Positions 30,803-41,237 of a stretch of DNA of 64,000 bases are shown one piece after another. The notes under the pieces were generated by a model that did no database searches, had not been told where the DNA came from, and was given only the letters and a program-made list of their open reading frames with translations. Source of the DNA: a phage. Position numbers and translations under genes: made by a program. Location of the stretch: sequence record PZ445524.1; one strand, 5' to 3'. Within the stretch, counting starts at the first letter, position 1; each line of letters begins with the position of its first letter.

Positions 30803-30833
30803 GGAAAATAAAAAAGGACTCCCGAAGGAGTCC
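30803..30833 (-). terminator. intrinsic terminator after the basic small protein gene
   Basis: GGACTCC-TTCG-GGAGTCC perfect 7-bp stem followed by TTTTTTATTTT. Confidence 0.85.
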
Positions 30834-30838
30834 TCAAC

Positions 30839-31057
30839 TTATGCTTTCTGCTTACCAAAACGAGAAGCATCATCTCGAAGAACCGCACGTGCTCGGCGCA
30901 TGATCTTCTCAACAGTTTGATTGATACGAGAGTTCGACCCACGCTTGTAACCAGCGCGTTTAGAATCACCAACTTTCTTTTCAACTGCTTTCTTTGCTTT
31001 AGCTTGTTTTGCCATTATAAATTCTCTTTTAAACGAAAATGCAGGACTTATTGGCAT
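30839..31057 (-). CDS. small highly basic protein (T4 30.9 position); alternative start at 31015 gives 58 aa
   Basis: listed as + in the ORF track, but the plus strand at 30839 reads ATGCTTTCT (not the listed protein); the listed protein is the reverse-complement translation from 31057. Confidence 0.7.
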   Translation of the reverse strand: MPISPAFSFKREFIMAKQAKAKKAVEKKVGDSKRAGYKRGSNSRINQTVEKIMRRARAVLRDDASRFGKQKA

Positions 31058-31260
31058 TGCCTGCGCAAGCCCTCAAGGGGAACATAGGTTTTTGGATATT
31101 TAACGACCAGGATAACCATAAACCCGTCATCATTCACATTCAAGAGGTACACCATAAAACTGCCGGGGTCTTAAAACTATAATGATTCGCAAATCATTAA
31201 TCAGACAGTTCGATGGCTCCTCGATTTTAGCTCACACTAAGGCAGTGAATCTCCAATAAA

Positions 31261-31509
31261 TTACTTCAATGTTACCACAAAGTGACGAACTGCTTTTCGT
31301 GCAGCAGAAGCCAAAGGCTTAGCATATTTAAGTTCATCTTTTTCCTGAAGCTCAGCAGCTAATGCAGTTTGAGCAGGATTCAGATGTTTGAAATAACGCA
31401 GGATTTCAAGAGCTTCGGCTTCAACATCAATAGATGCGCCATAGTTTTCGTGACCATTATTCCATGCGTTTCGTTGCAGTTCAAGAGCGTGTTGTAATTG
31501 TTTAATCAT
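31261..31509 (-). CDS. rIII: rIII lysis inhibition accessory protein
   Basis: 82 aa, T4 rIII length and position upstream of 30.x. Confidence 0.85.
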   Translation of the reverse strand: MIKQLQHALELQRNAWNNGHENYGASIDVEAEALEILRYFKHLNPAQTALAAELQEKDELKYAKPLASAARKAVRHFVVTLK

Positions 31510-31648
31510 TTAAAAATTCTCGTTAGAGATTAAAACTCGGTAGTCACGTTCTTCTGAATTTCATCTTCTTTCGACAGATCTCTCAGTTGTAGACTACCAC
31601 ATAGAATTGTTCGGTTAACTTATTATTCCGACACCCAATTCATATTAT

Positions 31649-31656
31649 TATTTATA
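31649..31656 (-). promoter_or_regulatory. late promoter TATAAATA upstream of rIII
   Basis: minus strand TATAAATA immediately after gene 31 stop. Confidence 0.6.
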
Positions 31657-31992
31657 TCACTTATAAAGACACGGAATAGCTTTATAGTGACAGGTAACAA
31701 ATTTTTGTTTAATTTCTTTTGGCTGCTTAAGACCCAGAGCTACAAAAGGATGCGGAACATTTCGAATTTGACCAACTGGAAGAGAAGTCAAATCACCAAC
31801 TTCGCAGAAACCTTCAGGAACATCAGGACCGACAGAGTGAACTACACACAGTTCAGGAACTTCACCTTGAACACGTTTACCGATAATAAGTCCTGATTCT
31901 GTAACTTCTTCATCACCGGCTTGTGCAGGTTCAGAAACTAAAATAACATATTCACCGACAGCACGAATTGGTAGCTGTTGTACTTCAGACAT
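31657..31992 (-). CDS. 31: co-chaperonin gp31 (GroES analog)
   Basis: 111 aa, [19 protein letters not shown]; T4 gp31 length. Confidence 0.93.
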
Positions 31993-32022
31993 CGTTTTTC
32001 CTTTTTGTTAACAGATGAATTA

Positions 32023-32047
32023 ATAATAACAAATAATTCTTAAAGCA
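32023..32047 (-). promoter_or_regulatory. MotA-dependent middle promoter upstream of gene 31
   Basis: minus strand TGCTTTA, 12-nt spacer, then TATTAT. Confidence 0.65.
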
Positions 32048-32048
32048 T

Positions 32049-32357
32049 TTATTTACCAATAAATTGAAGCAAATGCTCAACTTTCATACCATTAACAGAA
32101 ATCAATTTGTCAATAGAAAAACCTCGCCATGCACCAAGCTCAACATCAAATACTGGAATCATGTCAGTAGATTCTTTCCGAGTAGATTCAGTCAATTTAC
32201 CAGTTTGCATGGTTGGCATAAAGTCTGCATCACGAGTACCTTTCATAGTACGAATAGTACCATCAGACTTTTCAAAAACTACGTTTGAAACACCCATGGA
32301 CAATTTAGTTTTCAAAATTTCACGAATTGCTACTTTCTGCTCAGTTGTTAGTTTCAT
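32049..32357 (-). CDS. hypothetical protein (T4 31.1 position)
   Basis: 102 aa ORF. Confidence 0.7.
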   Translation of the reverse strand: MKLTTEQKVAIREILKTKLSMGVSNVVFEKSDGTIRTMKGTRDADFMPTMQTGKLTESTRKESTDMIPVFDVELGAWRGFSIDKLISVNGMKVEHLLQFIGK

Positions 32358-32594
32358 TTATTTACCTATTACAGTTTTAATATGAGTTGTTCCACGTTCT
32401 TTAAGGGTGGAAAGTAATTTTTGGCATTTTTCTAAATCAGATTTCCAACTATATGGTTTATCAATACAAACCCAATTTGTCTTATAATACTGTTTCCATT
32501 TAGAGAAAAAATATTTCTTATACTCTACAGCAAACGAGATGTTCTCATTAGAATAAGAACTAATTGCTGTGAGCTTTACCAAACGAAATTTCAT
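32358..32594 (-). CDS. hypothetical protein (T4 31.2 position)
   Basis: 78 aa ORF. Confidence 0.65.
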   Translation of the reverse strand: MKFRLVKLTAISSYSNENISFAVEYKKYFFSKWKQYYKTNWVCIDKPYSWKSDLEKCQKLLSTLKERGTTHIKTVIGK

Positions 32595-33175
32595 TATTCA
32601 CCACAGAATTCGTTGATATTTTCCCAATTTAACTTATTCAAGTTTTTCTTAGGAACATTGAACACTTCAATACCCGCATTTCGCAGAATATCATCCCAGC
32701 CAGGTTTATTTTTATCATATGTTTCGCAATAAACCAGCTTTTTAATTCCAGATTGAGCTATCGCTTTTGCGCAATCCGGACATGGAGAAAGTGTTACATA
32801 CATAGTAGCACCTTCAATTGAAGAACCGTTTCGTGCAGCAAACAAAATTGCATTTAGTTCAGCATGAATTTCATTTTTAGATGACCATTCCGAGTGAGCG
32901 CTGCGGTGTTCTTTCGCCAAAACAAAACGATCAGTTGAACCAAATGATACGCATTCAGGCTTATGACCTTGAATGATAGTATGTTTAGGCTTATTCAACA
33001 ACCAACCTTGCTCAGCAGCATAATCACAACAGTTCACTCCCCCTGCGGGTGAACCATTATACCCAGTAGAAATAATACGTCCATTCTTTTCAATTACTGC
33101 TCCTACCTTCCAGGAGCAACATTTTGATTCCTGCGATACTAAATATGCAATTTGAAGTACTGTACTCGCTTTCAT
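32594..33175 (-). CDS. cd: dCMP deaminase
   Basis: 193 aa; zinc-binding HAE and PCxxC motifs. Confidence 0.92.
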   Translation of the reverse strand: MKASTVLQIAYLVSQESKCCSWKVGAVIEKNGRIISTGYNGSPAGGVNCCDYAAEQGWLLNKPKHTIIQGHKPECVSFGSTDRFVLAKEHRSAHSEWSSKNEIHAELNAILFAARNGSSIEGATMYVTLSPCPDCAKAIAQSGIKKLVYCETYDKNKPGWDDILRNAGIEVFNVPKKNLNKLNWENINEFCGE

Positions 33176-33510
33176 TTCATAATCACCAGATAAGCAGATT
33201 TAGCAGTTTCAACACGATAAATTTCGTGACGAAGTTTAGTTATACTTTTAATAACAGAACTAATTATATTCTGCCCATCTTTAAAGCGGTTTTTCTTATC
33301 AATAAAAACTGCGCCAGTCATCTTTTTGTGAAGCTCAATTGGATACTTCGTCACAATAATAGCATCATACACAGAAGGATGAATACTATTCACCAGAGTA
33401 TCATTCATTAAAGTTATTCTAATGAACTTTGCTGTTTCAGAGTCAAGCGCTCTATGATCACCAGTATCATTTTTAAGACAATTATCAATTATATCAGTTA
33501 AATTCATCAT
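33172..33510 (-). CDS. hypothetical protein (cd.x cluster)
   Basis: 112 aa ORF. Confidence 0.65.
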   Translation of the reverse strand: MMNLTDIIDNCLKNDTGDHRALDSETAKFIRITLMNDTLVNSIHPSVYDAIIVTKYPIELHKKMTGAVFIDKKNRFKDGQNIISSVIKSITKLRHEIYRVETAKSAYLVIMK

Positions 33511-33746
33511 AGTACGCCATACACCCTTTGTGCTTCAACTAATCCATCAAAATCCAATTTAAGATGCGATATTTGATCGCCATCGCCTGGATTCACAATT
33601 ACTAATACTGAACGAGGAGTTTCGGTAATAACACGAACCGATGTTTCAGGAAATCGTTCAGAAACCTTATTTACCAATTCCTGTGCAAATAGCTTAACTT
33701 TTTCTTGGAATTCTTTAACAGTAATCGGTTTTTCACTTAGCAGCAT
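33507..33746 (-). CDS. hypothetical protein (cd.x cluster)
   Basis: 79 aa ORF preceded by early promoter 33776..33805. Confidence 0.65.
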   Translation of the reverse strand: MLLSEKPITVKEFQEKVKLFAQELVNKVSERFPETSVRVITETPRSVLVIVNPGDGDQISHLKLDFDGLVEAQRVYGVL

Positions 33747-33775
33747 TTTGTTTTCCTCATTTGTTTGGTAGAGCT

Positions 33776-33805
33776 ATAATATCACAACTCTACCGTAAAG
33801 TAAAC
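33776..33805 (-). promoter_or_regulatory. T4-type early promoter
   Basis: GTTTAC, 18-nt spacer, TGaTATTAT, then TGAGGAAAACAAAATG; inverted repeat GGTAGAG/CTCTACC flanks the -10. Confidence 0.65.
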
Positions 33806-33807
33806 TA

Positions 33808-34083
33808 TTAAATTGCTTTGAATTCTGCTGTCTGCGATTCAAAACGAATATCGCCTTTGATGACTAGCTCAGCATCAAGACCGAATACAACAATGATATG
33901 CGCGGAACCTGGATACAGCGTAATGGCAACAGAATCCACCTGGTCTGGAAGCAAAGTGTTCAATACATGAGTCACTTGAGCATGGATTCGAAGCTCAGCT
34001 GCGTTATCAAGTTTTTCAAACATATTATTAGCGATAATTTGGCTAAACACTACTTCTACGATTTTAGAGTAAGTCGGAAACAT
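33808..34083 (-). CDS. hypothetical protein (cd.x cluster)
   Basis: 91 aa ORF. Confidence 0.65.
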   Translation of the reverse strand: MFPTYSKIVEVVFSQIIANNMFEKLDNAAELRIHAQVTHVLNTLLPDQVDSVAITLYPGSAHIIVVFGLDAELVIKGDIRFESQTAEFKAI

Positions 34084-34147
34084 ATTTACCTCACATAATT
34101 TTCTTCAAGCCAATTAATAATATCCCAAGTTTTATGATGCAAAGCCA

Positions 34148-35276
<1,129 letters not shown>

Positions 35277-35280
<4 letters not shown>

Positions 35281-35576
35281 TTACATTTATCCTCTTTTAA
35301 CTCTTGACGATAATAACATATCATAGTTTTCTGGTCATGTACATATCGTTTTACATCATTAAGCCAAATACGAAATTCCTGAGAATCTTCAAATGGCATA
35401 CCGACCCAAGCTTTACCATCGATAACTTTAACTTGCCAAGATAGTTTAGCTTCATCATATGACTTTATTTGTACAGGCCAATTAGGATGAACTGTTTCTT
35501 TCTTTACTTCTAGAGGCTTTGTCGAACAACCAACTAGAAGACCAATAGATAATATTACTGCTGATAGTTTAATCAT
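35277..35576 (-). CDS. outer-membrane spanin lipoprotein (T4 pseT.2 position)
   Basis: 99 aa; signal peptide with lipobox LVGC; overlaps upstream TM/coiled-coil partner. Confidence 0.75.
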
Positions 35577-35926
35577 TTAGAAAGGTCCTGGATGTCTTCT
35601 GCGAACTTGTTGAAGGAGTTGTTGATTTGTTTTTCAACCAATCCTGGCTTATGAGCCACCACATCCGCCTTCTTTGCATCTTTGCGCAGTTTTTCATTTT
35701 CACGCTCAATAGCAGCAATTGCCTCACGATTTTTAGTATTCATCGCATCAATATAATTATACTGAATTCGCAAATTATTTAATGCTAAGGCGTTTTCATT
35801 GGCCGTTTTTGTAATTTCTACAACAGACGTTTCTAATCTTTCAATTTTATTTTTTAAAATTAAAGAAGTTCCGCCTAATGCAATTACAATTAATAGCAAA
35901 CCTGCTGTCGTATTACTTAATTGCAT
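35573..35926 (-). CDS. inner-membrane spanin (T4 pseT.3 position)
   Basis: 117 aa; N-terminal transmembrane helix followed by coiled-coil region. Confidence 0.75.
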   Translation of the reverse strand: MQLSNTTAGLLLIVIALGGTSLILKNKIERLETSVVEITKTANENALALNNLRIQYNYIDAMNTKNREAIAAIERENEKLRKDAKKADVVAHKPGLVEKQINNSFNKFAEDIQDLSK

Positions 35927-36423
35927 AAAGTTTTAATAACCTCTATAATATCGTCTTGAGAAAGACCGTTAATTAAAATATGATGTTCAGCTGGAGATTT
36001 AGAAATTTTAAAGCATGCCGCAACATCTTCTGCCATATCTGATGCACTACGATTTGGATTACTAATTCCAAGACGATGCTTTCCAGTCAAAGGATTGACG
36101 ATGATATAGCATTTGCAGCTATTGATATGAACATTAGGTTGAGTCTGATTAATGAATACTTCGCACTCATACTTAGCGAGTTGATTTTCTAAAAAGACTT
36201 TCATCTCTTCAACCGCATCAGGAAGCATATCACGGGCTTGCTCAAGACGACGATTTCGATATTCTTTAATGGTCGTTTTCCGCTTGACTTGCTTAGCTAA
36301 ATCTTTCTTAAGATCAGTGATATATCCAACTCGACGATTTCCTTTGAATACAGAAATCCCATCTGTAGTATCACCGTATGCTTCAACGACCATTTCAGTA
36401 GTAATAAGTTGTAAATCCATCAT
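35917..36423 (-). CDS. alc: Alc host transcription shutoff protein
   Basis: 168 aa ORF (167 from second Met); T4 position between pseT.3 and rnlA. Confidence 0.8.
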   Translation of the reverse strand: MMDLQLITTEMVVEAYGDTTDGISVFKGNRRVGYITDLKKDLAKQVKRKTTIKEYRNRRLEQARDMLPDAVEEMKVFLENQLAKYECEVFINQTQPNVHINSCKCYIIVNPLTGKHRLGISNPNRSASDMAEDVAACFKISKSPAEHHILINGLSQDDIIEVIKTLCN

Positions 36424-36427
36424 AAAG

Positions 36428-36481
36428 TCCTCATGTTATGTCAGTAAGACTACTATAACACAACACGAGGGACTTGTAAAC
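36428..36481 (-). repeat. 54-bp exact direct repeat, copy B
   Basis: identical to 23522..23575. Confidence 0.9.
36452..36481 (-). promoter_or_regulatory. T4-type early promoter upstream of alc (copy B of the 54-bp repeat)
   Basis: identical to 23546..23575. Confidence 0.7.
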
Positions 36482-36484
36482 AGC

Positions 36485-38072
<1,588 letters not shown>

Positions 38073-38094
38073 AATAAAATGGGCCTTGCGGCCC
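38073..38094 (-). terminator. hairpin GGGCC-GCAA-GGCCC plus T-run between nrdB and denA
   Basis: perfect 5-bp GC stem followed by ATTTTATT on minus strand. Confidence 0.65.
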
Positions 38095-38099
38095 ACTCC

Positions 38100-38602
38100 T
38101 TAAAAGTATTTTTTAAAACTCATCATAACTTTATCATCAACATCATTATCAATCTGTGCAACAAGGTAAGATGACAGTTCTACTTCTTGTGGCGCGGATT
38201 GAACATTATCAGAATTAAGATATTCACGAATCCAAGGATATGGATGTTTAACCGGAGCATCGGTAATTGGGCATGGAAGACCACACTGTTTCATACGAGA
38301 TACAGTTAAGTAATCAATAAAGCTCCACATGCTATTTGTATTTAATCCAGGAACATCGCCATCTTTAAATAAATGAACTGCCCAATCTTTTTCTTGGCGG
38401 TTAACTTCCATGAAAATATCAACTGCTTCTTGTTCACACTCTTGAGCAATTTTAACCCATTCATCGCCATCAGTACCGGATTGAAGTTGACGAATAATAT
38501 ATTGAGTGCCTTTAAGGTGAAGCTGCTCATCACGTGCAATGAACTTCATAATCTTGGCATTACCTTCCATGATTTCCATGTTCTTATGGAAGTTAAAGGT
38601 AC
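38100..38602 (-). CDS. nrdB: ribonucleotide reductase beta subunit NrdB, exon 2
   Basis: splice inferred from protein continuity: exon 1 T plus GT gives Cys, yielding FYVSFA-C-TFNF...MEGNAK, the conserved R2 motif; intron ends in G. Confidence 0.75.
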
Positions 38603-39691
38603 CGTATGTTCGATTGAGCTCGCTAATTCTCAACCCGTTCTCTTATGAACTGCTGCATGTTACCATGCAGTCCAGACTATATCACAATCCCGGAGGGATT
38701 CTCCCCATTTCGAGTCGCTTGACCCTACGTCCGAAGACTAGTCGTTGAACCTTGCTTTGCAATTGTCGCCGTGCCATCGTTTATATGTTGATGGTGATAA
38801 ATCTTTCTTACCACAATATGGACAATTCAATTGAATTCTATTTGGATTTAATTTACATCTGTCATTATGTTTTAGATAAAATCCAGGACCTTTACCAATG
38901 TGACCACAGAAATCACATGTGATTTCTTTTTGTGCAGGATGGGTCCCGTTCTTAACCATTTCTAATGTTTTTGCTGATGTTCTTTTCTTATGGTCTTCTG
39001 ATAAGAAATGATGTGAACCGTCATTTACCCGTTTTGATTGAGTTTCTGACTGCATTTTACCACCGCAAAATACATGAGTACCTTCTTTTATAGCTGCAAT
39101 ATTGCGTTCTTTAACTTTTGCAATATGCTCAGCTTGTTGAAAATTATGTATACCTAATGCAACTCTATTTAAATTAGATTTACGCTGTATTTCACCATCT
39201 AAAAGATGAAATGTACCATTTTCTATCTTAGATTTAATAGAGGCAATATTTTTAGCTCGTACTTCAGGGATATTAAAAATCTGGATTTCTCTAGATTTTG
39301 CGGCTTTAGAAGCTAATTCAGAAATTTCTTCAGGAGAATATTTCATTCTAAGCTTTATAGCATGACAAGCCTGGTAATCTTTTTGAGCTAAATGTATATC
39401 ATAATGTTCCTGTATAGAAAGGCACATCAAATTATCTAAATCATTATTTTCACGGTTACCGTCTTTATGATGGATTTCGTATGTTCTTCCATCAGAATCT
39501 TTAGGTATAGGTCCGTTAGCATCTATCCAAATTTTTCTATAGTTCAATTGTGCATCCTCTTAAAAGTATAATCATATTTATATTATACTAATTAAAGGTG
39601 CAAGCAAAACCTTGGCTGCTAGTTTTCCATAAAGGACTTTCCAGCAATTAAAGGAGTTTTCGATAAACGTTACCGTTTAAAGGCGCATTTT
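38603..39691 (-). mobile_element. group I intron in nrdB (about 1089 nt) carrying the I-TevIII ORF
   Basis: interrupts conserved NrdB motif; 5' exon ends in U; P1-type pairing of exon GCGU with intron GCGC; 3' core resembles the td intron. Confidence 0.8.
38738..39547 (-). CDS. I-TevIII: I-TevIII HNH homing endonuclease, full length
   Basis: 269 aa; HNH motif EIHHKDGNRENNDLDNL...H and C-terminal Cys-rich zinc-finger region; apparent TTG start, exact start uncertain. Confidence 0.85.
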   Translation of the reverse strand: MNYRKIWIDANGPIPKDSDGRTYEIHHKDGNRENNDLDNLMCLSIQEHYDIHLAQKDYQACHAIKLRMKYSPEEISELASKAAKSREIQIFNIPEVRAKNIASIKSKIENGTFHLLDGEIQRKSNLNRVALGIHNFQQAEHIAKVKERNIAAIKEGTHVFCGGKMQSETQSKRVNDGSHHFLSEDHKKRTSAKTLEMVKNGTHPAQKEITCDFCGHIGKGPGFYLKHNDRCKLNPNRIQLNCPYCGKKDLSPSTYKRWHGDNCKARFND

Positions 39692-40367
39692 ACGCAAAAG
39701 ATACATAAAAACGAATAGCTTCCAATGCGTTGATTACATGGAGGCAAAGGTAAAGAGATTTCATTAAAGCACGTTTAGCTTCGGCTTCTTGTTTAATAGC
39801 TCGGTTTAAACGAAAGACGGCATCAGGAGATTCTTTAGCTAGTTCTACAAATTCTTTAGCATTTTCCCATTCACGGGTTTTAATCAGAACATCATCATAA
39901 TAACGCCCAATGGATTCAGCACGTTTCATAATAGCTTCATCTAATACAATCTCATCAAATACCTTCGATGGATCAGTATAAAGATTTCGCATGATATGTG
40001 TATATGAACGGCTGTGAATAGTTTCACTAAAAGTCCACGTAGCAACCCATGTATCAAGACTTGGGTCTGAAATTAATGACATAAGTACAGCAGATGGCGC
40101 ACGACCCTGAATGCTATCCAAAAGTGATTGATACTTCAGGTTGTTAGTAAAAATATTTTGCTGATACTGAGGAAGCTTATTAAACTGTGCAGCATCCATC
40201 ATTAAGTTTACTTCTTCCGGGCGCCAGAAAAATGATAATTGCTTTTCGGTCAAATCTTCAAAAACTTTATGGCGTTGAATGTCATAACGCGCAATACCAA
40301 GACCTGAACCAAAAAACATAGGTTCTTTTAAAACATCAACTGGATTTGTATTAAAAACTGTAGACAT
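39692..40367 (-). CDS. nrdB: ribonucleotide reductase beta subunit NrdB, exon 1
   Basis: 225 codons ending ...EAIRFYVSFA; next in-frame codon is TAA inside the intron. Confidence 0.8.
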
Positions 40368-40401
40368 ATTATTCTCGCTTATTATAGGTTTAAATATTTA
40401 A

Positions 40402-41205
40402 TCACATATTATGTATAAGCACTTCAGTCTGAAATGATGCACCTTTCTTTTGCTTCCTATACATGGTTTCAAAATATTCAATTTTGAAATTATTAGAAAG
40501 GGCCCAATCTTTTAAAATATAATTATTAATATCGTCCGATAGATTATTAGTGATAATAAATTTAGACTTTGACCGTTTAATTTTATCTAATAATTCTAAT
40601 TCATCCTTTTCTTCCCATCCTGAATATTTAAATTTAGTAGAAAGATAAGGCGGGTCAATGAATAAATTTTTGTTTTCAAAATCTAAATCTCTGAATGATT
40701 TATTACTAAATGTAAATCGGTGTTGTCTATTTTTAAATTCAGAAAATTTATCCTGTTGAGACTTATTAAAAGAAGTTCTGGAATACTTGGCTCTGTTGGC
40801 GAAAGCCGCGTTATAGTTCCCATTACTAGAAAATCGGATTAATGAACTGAATGAAAATAAATGTAGAACATAAAGATATAGTCCGTTTTTGGTTTTATCG
40901 TATTCTTTTGACAGATTATAAAAAGGTGCTGAATCTTTGTCATTCAAATTGAAGTCTTCAATAATTTTAACTATATCATTAATTGAAGATGATTTCATCT
41001 TTTTATACATGTCTATAAGAGGAGTATTAATATCATTACATATAACATTTCTTTGACAATTCATAGAAAATCCAAGACCGCCACAAAAAGCATCCAAAAC
41101 GGGCTTATCATCAAAGCAGTTTGAAAATTGTCTAATAAATGGCATATACTTATGCTTTGCACCTGGATATGTTATGGCAGGTAGGTCTTTCATATTATTT
41201 CTCAT
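40402..41205 (-). CDS. Dam-family DNA N6-adenine methyltransferase (diverged paralog)
   Basis: 267 aa; motif I DAFCGGLG, NDINTPLIDMYKKM, motif IV FIDPPY; same motif order as E. coli and T4 Dam. Confidence 0.8.
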   Translation of the reverse strand: MRNNMKDLPAITYPGAKHKYMPFIRQFSNCFDDKPVLDAFCGGLGFSMNCQRNVICNDINTPLIDMYKKMKSSSINDIVKIIEDFNLNDKDSAPFYNLSKEYDKTKNGLYLYVLHLFSFSSLIRFSSNGNYNAAFANRAKYSRTSFNKSQQDKFSEFKNRQHRFTFSNKSFRDLDFENKNLFIDPPYLSTKFKYSGWEEKDELELLDKIKRSKSKFIITNNLSDDINNYILKDWALSNNFKIEYFETMYRKQKKGASFQTEVLIHNM

Positions 41206-41212
41206 TTGTTAG

Positions 41213-41230
41213 TGACTCGTCCGTGAGTCA
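41213..41230 (-). other. hairpin TGACTC-loop-GAGTCA between nrdA and the methyltransferase gene
   Basis: 6-bp inverted repeat just downstream of nrdA stop. Confidence 0.4.
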
Positions 41231-41237
41231 AATTATA

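Noticed and set aside
30730-30984. 84-aa minus-strand ORF overlapping the basic small-protein gene in another frame
   Set aside because: It reads straight through the strong terminator hairpin at 30803..30833 and the early promoter at 30756..30785; the alternative frame gives a compact basic protein ending just before the terminator.
38100-40367. nrdB appearing split or pseudogenised into 225-aa and 177-aa ORFs
   Set aside because: The break coincides with a group I intron carrying I-TevIII, and joining the exons restores the conserved FYVSFAC(S/T)F...MEGNAK motif, so the gene is intact after splicing.
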